Assembly: GCA_963709345.1 (NCBI GenBank)
Contig: CAVPVX010000001.1
Coordinates: 224,001 to 288,000, forward strand
Direction of reading: 5' to 3'
Length of the DNA: 64,000 nt
Origin: an uncultured Actinomycetes bacterium
GTDB lineage: Bacteria; Actinomycetota; Thermoleophilia; UBA2241
The number at the start of each line of letters is the position of its first letter. The stretch's first letter is position 1. The translations under genes were made by a program, and so were the position numbers. The notes below the pieces were generated by a model. The model saw only the letters and a program-made list of their open reading frames with translations. It did no database searches and was not told where the DNA came from. Shown here in pieces: positions 9,243 through 18,584 of this stretch.

Positions 9243-10453
9243 GAAGAGCGTCCTTCCTCCGTGAAGCCGGATCTACGGCACCCGCCGTCGTCCTGCAGGC
9301 AAGCTACGCCTGCGGCCTGGGCATCATCCGGGATCTCGGGCGCCACGGCGTCCCGGTCGCCGCCATGGATCCCGACCCCGAGGCCCTCGGCTTTCGTTCG
9401 CGGTACGCGGCCGGCCTCGTCTGCCCCGATCCTCTTGATGACGAAGAGGCCTTTCTCGCCTTTCTCGAGGAGTTTGGGCGCTCCTTGCCTCAGCCCGCCG
9501 TCGTCTTCCCCAGTCACGACGAGTACATCTGGCCGCTGTCGCGCCACGCGGAGCGTCTGGCGCCCTCCTTCATCGTGCCGTTCTCGCGCTGGGCGGTCAT
9601 GCAGCGCGTCCACGACAAGCGTGCTCAGCTGGAGGCCGCCTGGAGAACCGGCGCGGACACGCCCAAGACCGTGTTCGTCGAGTCTGGATCTGAACTGGCG
9701 GCGGCGGCCGACGAGGTGCGGTTCCCGGCCGTGCTCAAACCGGTGGACTCCCTGGCGTTCAAGCTGCGCTTTCACCGGCACATCATCGACGTGGATTCGC
9801 CGGCGGAGCTGGAGCGCGTCTACGACAAAGTGGACGACCTCGGGCTCCTGATTCTGCAGGAGCGCATTCCCGGCGGCGAGGACGAGCTCTGGACCGTCGG
9901 CTCCTACCTCGACGCAAGCTCCCGTCCGCGGGCCGTGTTCTGTGGTCGCAAGCTGCGCCAGTACCCGCACTCCGGGGGCAGCTGCCTCGCCGGCGTCGGC
10001 GCCTGGGACCAGCGCCTCGTCGATACGGCGCTCCGTCTGCTGCAGGAGCTGCGCTTTCACGGCGTGAGCCAGGTAGAGTTCAAACGCGACCCGCGCGACG
10101 GGCGCTTCTGCCTGATGGAGATCAACGCCCGGCACTGGAAGTGGCACGGGCTGGCGGCCGCCAGCGGCGTCAACCTCTCGCTGGCCGCCTACCGTGACGT
10201 CACGGGCGAGCCCTCCCTGGCGCCGCGACAGACCGACGGGGTCAAGTGGATCGTGGCCAACAAGGATGTCCCCTTGGCGATCCTCGAGATCGCCCGACGA
10301 GAGCGGCGTGCCGGAGAGTACCTGAGATCCCTTCGCGGCACGCGTATAGACGGTCTCCACTCTCTCAACGACCCCATGCCCGGCGGCGTGAACGCCTTTC
10401 GGGTCGCGCACCAGGTGGTGACGCGTCAGCCGCGCGCCCGGGCGGACGTATGA
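9239..10453 (+). CDS. ATP-grasp carboxylate-amine ligase (D-aspartate ligase-like), paralog 2
   Basis: Same motifs; long identical blocks shared with paralog 1 (HDEYIWP.SRHAERL, DTPKTVF.ES, SLAFKLRFHRH). Confidence 0.85.
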   Translation: MRRASFLREAGSTAPAVVLQASYACGLGIIRDLGRHGVPVAAMDPDPEALGFRSRYAAGLVCPDPLDDEEAFLAFLEEFGRSLPQPAVVFPSHDEYIWPLSRHAERLAPSFIVPFSRWAVMQRVHDKRAQLEAAWRTGADTPKTVFVESGSELAAAADEVRFPAVLKPVDSLAFKLRFHRHIIDVDSPAELERVYDKVDDLGLLILQERIPGGEDELWTVGSYLDASSRPRAVFCGRKLRQYPHSGGSCLAGVGAWDQRLVDTALRLLQELRFHGVSQVEFKRDPRDGRFCLMEINARHWKWHGLAAASGVNLSLAAYRDVTGEPSLAPRQTDGVKWIVANKDVPLAILEIARRERRAGEYLRSLRGTRIDGLHSLNDPMPGGVNAFRVAHQVVTRQPRARADV

Positions 10454-12048
10454 CCCACGTGCCGTCGCCACTCGCGAGCCTCGAGGTCTACGTCGACGCG
10501 CCGGATGCGTTCGCGCCGCGCGCCGCCTGGGCGCTCGAAACGCTCCTGGCGCCGTTAGGCCGCGCGGTCGCGGTGACTCACGACGCCGCGCGAGCGGGCG
10601 AAGCCGCTCTCGCCTACGCGCCCGCCCCCGTGGCCGGCGTGCCGACCATCCCTCGCAGCGACGAGGCGATGGACATCTTCGCCGCCTCGAGGCCGCTGCC
10701 GAACGGCGCGTTCACGCGTCTCGCGGCGGCCGCGCCGGCCCCGGAGGGCGCCGGCGGCGCCATGCTCTCGGTCGTCGCGGCCTTCCCCGCACCGGACCCG
10801 GTCCGCTTTGCAGCACCTTGTGACCTCGTCGCCTCGTCGTTCGCGCTCCTCGCCTGCTGGGACGAGCGCACCACGTCCGAGCGCGACCGCTTCGGTCGCC
10901 TGCCGTACTCCGCCGGCGTGTTCGCCGCCAACCCCGAGCTGGCGATCGACGAGCCGGCCGTCGACGGCTACCTGGAGCTCCTGCGCGCCGTCCTCCCCCC
11001 CCGCCTCGCGACCCTCGGGCTCGAGCCCTTGCCGAAGCCAGGCTGGATGTGGAGTGACGGGGAATTCGCGGTCGCGCTCACGCACGACCTGGACAACCTC
11101 TGGCGCTGGACGCGGCGCGGGTTCGCCGCCGCGGGCTACCGCACGGCCCGCGGCGTCTGCCGACGCGACTTGGCCGCGGTGCGACGCGAGCTCGGCGACG
11201 CCGGCGACTGGCTCGTCCATCATCTCCCGCGGCGCACCGATCCCTTCTGGACCTTCCCCCGGATCCTCGGTGGTGAGGACGCCCGCGGCGTCACATCCAC
11301 CTTCTTCGTCATCGCCCGGCACACGCACAAGCAGGACGGCAACCAGCCGGAGACGTACCGCAGGCGCATTCCCGAGGCTCTCTCACTGCTCGCCCGGCAT
11401 CGGCGCGAGATCGGCCTCCACGGCAACGACGCCGACCGGCTCGGTCTCGACCCGCTGATCGACGACCGCGCGCTCTTGGCCCGCAAGGCGCACGCCGAGG
11501 TGCACGGGATCCGCTACCACTACCTACGCTGCCTCTATCACGAGACGCTGCCGCTCCTGGAGAACGCCCGGTTCAGCTACGACACGAGTCTCGCCTTCGC
11601 CGAACACGAAGGCTTCCGCTGCGGCTGCTCCTTCCCCTTCCGCCCCTATTCGCTGGCCGAGGAGCGACCCCTCGACCTGGTCGAGGTGCCCCTGGCGGTG
11701 ATGGACGGGACGCTGCAGCAGCCGCACTACCGCGCCCTGCCGGCACCCGAGGCCGAGCGCGCGGCCGCCGCCGTGCTCGCGCGCGTGCGTGCAAGTGGCG
11801 GCGCCTCCAGCCTGCTCTGGCACAACAACCGCTTCGACCCGCGCCTCTCCCGAGGCTACGACAAGGTCTACTGGAAGCTCGTGGACGGAGTACGGGAGCA
11901 GGGCGGCGTCGCCACCTCGGCGGGAGACATCGTCGCGCGCTGGCGGAGAGCCTTCGGGTTGCCCGAGCCCTCCTCTCTTCTGGCGGCCGGGACACCGACA
12001 TGCGAATGCCGCGTCGATGCCACGGCCGGCGTCCGGCGCACAGCGTGA
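10450..12048 (+). CDS. Polysaccharide deacetylase family protein with N-terminal accessory domain
   Basis: 'LTHDLD', 'EIGLHG', 'RYHYL', 'YDTSL', 'GFRCG', 'LLWHN'. Confidence 0.82.
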   Translation: MTHVPSPLASLEVYVDAPDAFAPRAAWALETLLAPLGRAVAVTHDAARAGEAALAYAPAPVAGVPTIPRSDEAMDIFAASRPLPNGAFTRLAAAAPAPEGAGGAMLSVVAAFPAPDPVRFAAPCDLVASSFALLACWDERTTSERDRFGRLPYSAGVFAANPELAIDEPAVDGYLELLRAVLPPRLATLGLEPLPKPGWMWSDGEFAVALTHDLDNLWRWTRRGFAAAGYRTARGVCRRDLAAVRRELGDAGDWLVHHLPRRTDPFWTFPRILGGEDARGVTSTFFVIARHTHKQDGNQPETYRRRIPEALSLLARHRREIGLHGNDADRLGLDPLIDDRALLARKAHAEVHGIRYHYLRCLYHETLPLLENARFSYDTSLAFAEHEGFRCGCSFPFRPYSLAEERPLDLVEVPLAVMDGTLQQPHYRALPAPEAERAAAAVLARVRASGGASSLLWHNNRFDPRLSRGYDKVYWKLVDGVREQGGVATSAGDIVARWRRAFGLPEPSSLLAAGTPTCECRVDATAGVRRTA

Positions 12049-13178
12049 CTCGAGTCCTGCATCTCAGCGTCGTCCACAGGCCGGACGACCCACGCATCTA
12101 CGAACGCGAGTGCCGCACGCTGGCACAGGCCGGCTACGAGGTCATGTACATGGCGCCCGGCGCCGAGCGCGGGCGCGACGTCGCGGGAGTCCTGCGCGCT
12201 CCGCTGCCGGTGCGCGGCCGCCGCACACGCTTCCTCAGCTCGGTGGACATCATGAAGGCCCTGCATGCGCTGCGGCCCGAGGTCCTGCACGTGCACGACC
12301 CCGAGCTGCTCACCCTGTTCCCGGCAGCAAAGGCCTTCGTGCCGCGTCTTGTGTACGACATGCACGAGTATGTGCCCGAGGCGGTGGCCGGCAAGCCGTA
12401 CATCCCCGCAATGGCCCGGCCGGCGGCATCCCGGACCACCGCCGTCGCCCAGAGGAGCCTGGCGGCGTTTGGCTCCGGCGTCGTCGTGGTCACCGACGGC
12501 CAACTGGCGGCCCTGGGCAGCGTGCCGAAGCTACGGCTCGTCTCGCCGAACTACCCACGGGTCGAGCGCTTCGACGGCGCGACACCCGTCCCCGGACTCG
12601 CCGCCGACCCACGGCTCAAGCTCATCTACGTCGGCAGCCTGTCGCGCGCGCGCGGCTGCGCGATGATGCTCGACGTCATGGAACAGCTCGAGCCGGATGA
12701 GGCCGCGCTCTACCTGGGCGGCGCCTTCAACGACCCTGCCTTGGAGACCGAGGTCGTGGCGCGGCTCGCCGCCGGTCTCGACGATCGTGTCAAGCTGCTC
12801 GGCCGAATCCCGCCGGCGGAGCTCCCCGGGCACCTGGCCGCGGCCGACGTGGTCTGGGTGCCGTCGGTCCCTACCAGCCAATACAGCCATCCGGCCGTCC
12901 CCACGAAGCTCTTCGAGGGCATGGCGATGAGTCTCGCCGCGCTGGTCAGCGATCTGCCGGGGCGCGGCGAGCTCGTCCGCTTGGAGGAATGCGGCCTCGC
13001 CGTCGAGCCCGGCGTGGAAGGTCATCTACGCGGTCTGCGGCGCCTGCTCGCCAACCGCTCGGCGCTCGCCGAGATGGGCGCTCGCGGCCGCCGCGCGGTC
13101 GAGCGCCGCTACTCATGGGAGGCCGTGCAAGGCGATTTGGTAGACTTCTATGGTTCGCTCTGCGCCGGGCGGGCGTAG
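12045..13178 (+). CDS. Glycosyltransferase family 4
   Basis: 'SVVH..DDPRIY..E', 'HVHDPEL', 'YDMHE', 'PTKLFE'. Confidence 0.88.
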   Translation: MTRVLHLSVVHRPDDPRIYERECRTLAQAGYEVMYMAPGAERGRDVAGVLRAPLPVRGRRTRFLSSVDIMKALHALRPEVLHVHDPELLTLFPAAKAFVPRLVYDMHEYVPEAVAGKPYIPAMARPAASRTTAVAQRSLAAFGSGVVVVTDGQLAALGSVPKLRLVSPNYPRVERFDGATPVPGLAADPRLKLIYVGSLSRARGCAMMLDVMEQLEPDEAALYLGGAFNDPALETEVVARLAAGLDDRVKLLGRIPPAELPGHLAAADVVWVPSVPTSQYSHPAVPTKLFEGMAMSLAALVSDLPGRGELVRLEECGLAVEPGVEGHLRGLRRLLANRSALAEMGARGRRAVERRYSWEAVQGDLVDFYGSLCAGRA

Positions 13179-13237
13179 CCGGCCCCGGCGCAGCGCCCAA
13201 TGAACCGCGCAGCGCCTCACCGAGGGGAGTGCCTCAC

Positions 13238-13876
13238 GTGAGCATCGATGGCTTCAAGAACGTCCTTGTCCTCGCGCCACACACCGATGACGGCGAGTTC
13301 GGCTGCGGCGGCACGATGGCCCGCCTCATCGAGCAAGGGATCAAGGTCACGTACGCCGCCTTCAGCACCGCCGCCAAGAGCGTCCCCGAGGGCTTCCCCA
13401 AGGACGTCCTCAAGCACGAGGTCCGCGCCGCGACCGGCGTCCTCGGCATCCCCGAGGCCGACCTCAGGATCTACGACTTCGAGGTCCGCACCTTCCCGAC
13501 CGTGCGACAGGACATCCTCGAGGAAATGATCGTCCTGCAGCAGGAGCTCGACCCGGACTGCGTGCTGCTGCCGGCATTGATCGATCTGCACCAGGACCAC
13601 AAGACGATCGCCGAGGAAGGCTTACGCGCCTTCAAGCGCACGACGGTGATGGCCTACGAGATCCCATGGAACAACCTCAACTTCGAACAGCAGGCCTACG
13701 TGCGGCTCGAGGAGCGCCACATACACAAGAAGATTGACGCCCTGGCGTGTTACGCCAGCCAGGGCCATCGCAACTACCTGAACGAGGACTACATCCGCAA
13801 CGTCGCGTTCACCCGCGGCATCAACATCGGCTGCGAGCTCGCCGAGGTGTTCGAGGTCTACCGCTGGATCCTCTAG
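13238..13876 (+). CDS. PIG-L family N-acetyl sugar deacetylase
   Basis: 'APHTDDGEFGCGG', 'HQDH', 'YASQ'. Confidence 0.9.
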   Translation: MSIDGFKNVLVLAPHTDDGEFGCGGTMARLIEQGIKVTYAAFSTAAKSVPEGFPKDVLKHEVRAATGVLGIPEADLRIYDFEVRTFPTVRQDILEEMIVLQQELDPDCVLLPALIDLHQDHKTIAEEGLRAFKRTTVMAYEIPWNNLNFEQQAYVRLEERHIHKKIDALACYASQGHRNYLNEDYIRNVAFTRGINIGCELAEVFEVYRWIL

Positions 13877-13950
13877 GGCCGCTCGGGACGGCCCGCGATT
13901 CGTAGCCGGAGCCGGCCCACGCGCCCCCGACCAAACGGAGACGTGCCCGC

Positions 13951-15207
13951 GTGCACATCCTCTTCCTGACCCACTACTTCAGCCCCGAGAACAACGCCCC
14001 GGCCGCTCGCGTGCACGGCATGGCGAAGGAGTGGGCGCGCCTCGGGCACCGGGTGACCGTGCTGACCGGCGCGCCCAACGTGCCCGCCGGCGTCGTGTAT
14101 GAGGGCTACGAGAACCGCGTCTACCAAGAAGAGTGGATCGACGGCATCCGCACGGTCCGCGTCTGGACGTGGCTGGCGGCCAACCGCGGCCGCGTGCGCC
14201 GCGGCCTCAACTTCCTCTCGTACCTGGCCGCGGCCGGCGCAGCCGGCCCGCTGCTGCGGCCGCGCGCCGACGTCGTCGTCGCGACCAGCCCGCAGTTCTT
14301 CGCCGGCTGGGCGGGCTGGCCGGTCGCGCGCGCCCACGGCGCGCCGTTCGTGCTCGAGATTCGCGACATCTGGCCCGACTCGATCACCGCCGTCGGCGCA
14401 CTCGAGGAGGGCCGCGTCATCCACGCGCTCGAGAAGCTCGAGCGCGCCCTCTACGACAGCGCCGACCACATCGTCGCCGTCGGCGAAGGCTACCGTCAGA
14501 ACATGATCCGCAAGGGCGTCGACCCCGCCAAGATCGACATCGTCACCAACGGCGTGGACGTCGACCTGTTCGAGCCGCGCGAGCCCGACCAGGAGCTCCG
14601 CGCGCATCTGGGCTTCTCTCCCGAGACGTTCGTCGTCACCTTCGCCGGCACGATCGGCATGGCCAGTGGGCTCGAGGTCGTGCTCGGCGCCGCCCGCCGG
14701 CTCAAGGCGCAGGGGCACGGCGACATCGCCTTCCTCCTCATCGGCGACGGCGCCGTGCGCGCCGAGCTCGAGGCGGCAGCGCGTTCCGAAGGCCTCGGCA
14801 ACGTCGTCTTCACCGGCATGGTGCCTCGCGCCGAGCTGCCCGGCTACCTCGCGAGCAGCGACGCCTGCCTCGTGCACTTCCGCAAGCAGGACCTCTTCGG
14901 CACCATCCTGCCGAGCAAGTTCTTCGAAGATGCGGCGATGGAGCGGCCTATCCTGCTCGGCTTCGAGGGCGACGCCCGGGCGATGCTGGACGAGGCCGAT
15001 TGCGGCATCGCCTTCGAGCCGTCGAACGATGAGGAGCTGGCGGCGGCGGCCGTGAGGCTCGCCGCCACCTCGACCGACGAGCGGCGGCGGCTCGGTCGCA
15101 ACGGCCGCGGCTACGTCCTCGAGCGCTTCGAGCGCCGCAAGCTCGCGCACGACTACCTCGAGATCCTCGACCGCGTGCGCGCCGGCCACCGCCTGGGCCG
15201 GCGATGA
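13951..15207 (+). CDS. Glycosyltransferase family 4 (WbuB-like)
   Basis: 'THYFSPE', 'TSPQFF', 'EIRDIWP', 'PSKFFE'. Confidence 0.9.
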   Translation: MHILFLTHYFSPENNAPAARVHGMAKEWARLGHRVTVLTGAPNVPAGVVYEGYENRVYQEEWIDGIRTVRVWTWLAANRGRVRRGLNFLSYLAAAGAAGPLLRPRADVVVATSPQFFAGWAGWPVARAHGAPFVLEIRDIWPDSITAVGALEEGRVIHALEKLERALYDSADHIVAVGEGYRQNMIRKGVDPAKIDIVTNGVDVDLFEPREPDQELRAHLGFSPETFVVTFAGTIGMASGLEVVLGAARRLKAQGHGDIAFLLIGDGAVRAELEAAARSEGLGNVVFTGMVPRAELPGYLASSDACLVHFRKQDLFGTILPSKFFEDAAMERPILLGFEGDARAMLDEADCGIAFEPSNDEELAAAAVRLAATSTDERRRLGRNGRGYVLERFERRKLAHDYLEILDRVRAGHRLGRR

Positions 15208-15267
15208 GAGCCGGCAGCGGCGGCAGCGGCCCTCGCCACCCCGCAGGCTCACCCCCGCAGGCTCACC

Positions 15268-16098
15268 TCAGCGCGGCTCGCCGAACAGGCAGCGCTCGGC
15301 GTTCCTGGCGAAGAACAGCTCGCGCAGCTCCGGCCTCACGGCTTCGCTCCAGGCCTCCACGGCGGCGCCGAACTCGACGAGCGGGTAGTCGGTGCCGAAG
15401 AGGCAGCGGTCCTTGAGGTAGGAGTTGACCGCCTGCAGCGTCGCCTCGGGCAGGTACTGCGGCCACAGGGCGCTGAACTCGAGGAAGACGTTCGGGTGCT
15501 TCTGCGCCACCGCCAGGCCGAGGGTGCCGAAGCCGTTGCCGGCGTGCGAGATCACCAGCTTCAGGTTGGGGAAGTCGATGGCGATCTCGTCCATGTACTT
15601 GGGATCGCCGAGCCACATGCTCTGGAAGCGGTTGTAGTGCAGGCTGCCGTGGACGATGGCGACGAGGCCGTGGCTCTCGCAGTACGCGTAGAGGGGGTAG
15701 AGCACGCTGGCGTTGGCCGGGATCCCCCAGATCCACGGGCTGACGTTCACCCCGAGGAAGCCGGCCGTGCGGCAGCGCTCCAGCTCCTCGAGGTTGCGGC
15801 GCACGCCGTACTTGGGGTGGACGCCGGCGATGGTGTAGAAGGGGCTCTCGCCGCCGAAGGCGTCGACGACCGCCATGAGGTGGTCGTTGTCCTCGAGCGA
15901 GCCGCCGCACACGACGCCGCGCGAGACGCCGCCGCGCTTCATCGTGGCCACGTACTCGGGCATCTCGAGCGGCGTCAGCCGGGGGCGCATCTTGTAGAGG
16001 TCGATGTACTGCGCGAAGTGTGGCGCCGGATCGTCGGGGTTCCAGGGGCCGAGCATGTGCTCCGTCCGGAGCCGTACGCGGAAATCGACGACGTCCAT
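15268..16098 (-). CDS. Amidohydrolase family 2 protein
   Basis: 'LYPLYAYC', 'FPNLKLVISHAG', 'LFGTDYP', 'NAER'. Confidence 0.85.
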   Translation of the reverse strand: MDVVDFRVRLRTEHMLGPWNPDDPAPHFAQYIDLYKMRPRLTPLEMPEYVATMKRGGVSRGVVCGGSLEDNDHLMAVVDAFGGESPFYTIAGVHPKYGVRRNLEELERCRTAGFLGVNVSPWIWGIPANASVLYPLYAYCESHGLVAIVHGSLHYNRFQSMWLGDPKYMDEIAIDFPNLKLVISHAGNGFGTLGLAVAQKHPNVFLEFSALWPQYLPEATLQAVNSYLKDRCLFGTDYPLVEFGAAVEAWSEAVRPELRELFFARNAERCLFGEPR

Positions 16099-16377
16099 GC
16101 GTGCGTCCTTTCGTGTATCGGGCGGCTAGGTCGGTCGGGGCAGACCTGTCTTTTTGGGACCTGCCCATGGAGCAAGCCGTCTTCACGGGCAGTATCCTCC
16201 CCCAGCGCATGAGGGCACAACCAGCCTGGAGCACGGTGAGGACGCGCGGCGGCGTGTGGTCGGCGAGGGGCCACCGCCCTCCCGAAGCATGTAAAATGGG
16301 TGCATGAATGGAGTTCACGAACGCGCCGACGCGCGCGCCGGTGCGGCGGCTTGCTCGGCGGGCGAGGAGGCCGGATC

Positions 16378-17553
16378 GTGAAGGTCCTCGTCGTGTCGCA
16401 CCTGTATCCATCGCCCGGGGTCGAACGACATCTCTTCGTCCACCAGCAGGTACTCGCGCTCAAGGAACTCGGTGTCGAATCGCGTGTGCTGTCCCCGACT
16501 CCGTGGGCGCCGCGTGCGCTCTGGCGGAGCGAGCGCCAGCGGCGTCGCGGCCGGAAGCCGCGCGAAGCGACCCGCGACGGCGTCGTCGTCGAGTACCCGC
16601 GAGTCCTGCAGCCCCCGAAGCGCTTCCTGTTCGACCGCCTCGGCGATGTCGCCTACCACACGGTGCACCGGCTGCCGTCGACACGGTCGGCCGGCTATGA
16701 CCTCGTCCACGCGCACCAGGCGCTGCCGGACGGCGCGCTCGCGCAGCGCCTGGCCGCCGACCTCGGCCTGCCGGTCGTGATCACCGTGCACGGCGCCGAC
16801 GTCTACCAGCACTTGCGCATGGGCGGAGCCGTTGAGCGGCGCGTCAGGCAGGTGCTCGGTAGTGCCGACGCGGTGATGGCGAACTCCAGCGTCGTCGCCC
16901 GCCTGCTCCGCGATGTCGTCGCGCCGGAGAAGCTGACGGTCGTGCTCAACGGCACGACCGGTCTCGGAACACCGGTCGAGCCGGCCTCCGACTACCTGGC
17001 CGGCGGACCGCTCGTACTCACCGTGGGCCGGCTGATCGAGCGCAAGGGCACCGCCGACCTCATCGCCGCCGTCGGCAAGCTGAGCCGCGCCGGCCGGCGC
17101 ATCCAGCTCGCGATCGTCGGCGACGGACCGTTGCTTCACGCTCTCGAGGAACGGGCCGCGGCCGAGGGTGTGACCGACGACGTCCACTTCGTCGGCCGCA
17201 TGGAGCACGCACGCGTGCTCGCGACGATGGCGCGCGCGCAGCTCTTTGCCCTGCCGAGCTGGGACGAGGCCTTCGGGCTCGTCTATACGGAGGCCATGGC
17301 CCAAGGCACGCCCGTGCTCGCCCTTCAGGGGGGAGGCCCGGAGGACTTCATCGACCACGGCGTGAGCGGCGGCTGGCTGGTTCCCGCACGGGATCCCGGC
17401 GCGATAGCGGAGGTGCTCGCCTGGGTGCTCGACAACCCGGACGGGGCGGCGGCGATCGGCGCGGCAGGACGCTCCACCGCCCTCGGCCTCAGCTGGCAGC
17501 GCAACGCCCGCCTGACGCTTGACGTCTACGAACGCGTGCTCAAGCACCGTTGA
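16378..17553 (+). CDS. Glycosyltransferase family 4 (TuaC-like)
   Basis: 'SHLYPS', 'HAH..PDG', 'TVHGAD', 'EAFGLVYTEAMA'. Confidence 0.88.
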   Translation: MKVLVVSHLYPSPGVERHLFVHQQVLALKELGVESRVLSPTPWAPRALWRSERQRRRGRKPREATRDGVVVEYPRVLQPPKRFLFDRLGDVAYHTVHRLPSTRSAGYDLVHAHQALPDGALAQRLAADLGLPVVITVHGADVYQHLRMGGAVERRVRQVLGSADAVMANSSVVARLLRDVVAPEKLTVVLNGTTGLGTPVEPASDYLAGGPLVLTVGRLIERKGTADLIAAVGKLSRAGRRIQLAIVGDGPLLHALEERAAAEGVTDDVHFVGRMEHARVLATMARAQLFALPSWDEAFGLVYTEAMAQGTPVLALQGGGPEDFIDHGVSGGWLVPARDPGAIAEVLAWVLDNPDGAAAIGAAGRSTALGLSWQRNARLTLDVYERVLKHR

Positions 17554-17673
17554 GGACTCCGGCGCCGTACGCACGACCATCCCGAGATCCTCGAGCGCGC
17601 TGCGGGCCCTGCTACCGTCGCCCGCCGCTCGCCTGCGGTAGGATGACCCAGTGAAACCATTGCGGAGGACCAC

Positions 17674-18552
17674 ATGAGCAGCCCCGATAGCACGACCATC
17701 GACGTCGGTTCCTGGCTCTCCACGCTCACGCGCAACTGGTGGGTCGTCCTGGGGCTCGTCGTGCTCGGCGCAGCCGTCGGCGCCGTCATCATGCTGGTGC
17801 AGCCCAAGGAGTACAGCGCCGCGGCGTCCGTCTACATCGGCCAGACGACCGACGCCAACGGCAATCCCATGGCAGGCCTCAGCTCCAACAACAAAGCCGC
17901 GGTCCAGCTCCTCGCCAGCCAGGCGATCCTCAATGACGTGGCCGAGCGCACGGGGGACGGCATGACCGCGAGCCGGCTGCGCCGGGAGACGTCGGTCCAG
18001 ACTCCCTCGTCCACGGTCAAGACCACGACCTCCGTCGTGAACATCGTCATCATCACGGTGACGGATACCGATGCCGAACGCGCCACGGCGGCCGCGAACA
18101 ACCTGGCCGACGCGCTGCTGGAGCGCATCGACAGCGGGGTCGAGGCCAAGATCGCGCTGCTGGAGACGCAGGTCGAGATCGGCAAGAAGGCCTACGCCGC
18201 CTCGATTGAGCGCAGCGCAGCCGCCCAGGAGGCGCTTGCCGCCATCGCCGACGGGAACGGCTCGACCGGCGAGAAGGCCGTAGCGGCGGCCCCGTACATC
18301 GCCGTCGTCCAGGCGGCCGCGACCGAGCAACAACAGCTTTCCTCGAGCAACCAGAAGAACGAGCTCATGCTCCTCACGGCGCAGCAGACCGAGGAACCTC
18401 GGCTACTGCACGAGGCGGCGGTGCCGGACTCACCGAGTGGCCCCAGCATCACCCTGAACGTCGCCGCCGGCGCGCTTGCCGGGCTCGTAGTCGGCGTCAT
18501 CGTCGCCTTCGTACGCCGGCGCCTCAGCGAGCGAGACTCAGCCGCCGCCTGA
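17674..18552 (+). CDS. Wzz-type chain-length determinant / polysaccharide co-polymerase
   Basis: N- and C-terminal TM helices, coiled-coil middle, Pro-rich 'PDSPSGP' before TM2. Confidence 0.8.
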   Translation: MSSPDSTTIDVGSWLSTLTRNWWVVLGLVVLGAAVGAVIMLVQPKEYSAAASVYIGQTTDANGNPMAGLSSNNKAAVQLLASQAILNDVAERTGDGMTASRLRRETSVQTPSSTVKTTTSVVNIVIITVTDTDAERATAAANNLADALLERIDSGVEAKIALLETQVEIGKKAYAASIERSAAAQEALAAIADGNGSTGEKAVAAAPYIAVVQAAATEQQQLSSSNQKNELMLLTAQQTEEPRLLHEAAVPDSPSGPSITLNVAAGALAGLVVGVIVAFVRRRLSERDSAAA

Positions 18553-18584
18553 CGCACAGGCGTCCGGCCCGGCGTCACCGGACC

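Noticed and set aside
15237-15268. Short direct repeat CACCCCGCAGGCT x2
   Set aside because: Two copies with no spacers; not CRISPR and not an evident target-site duplication
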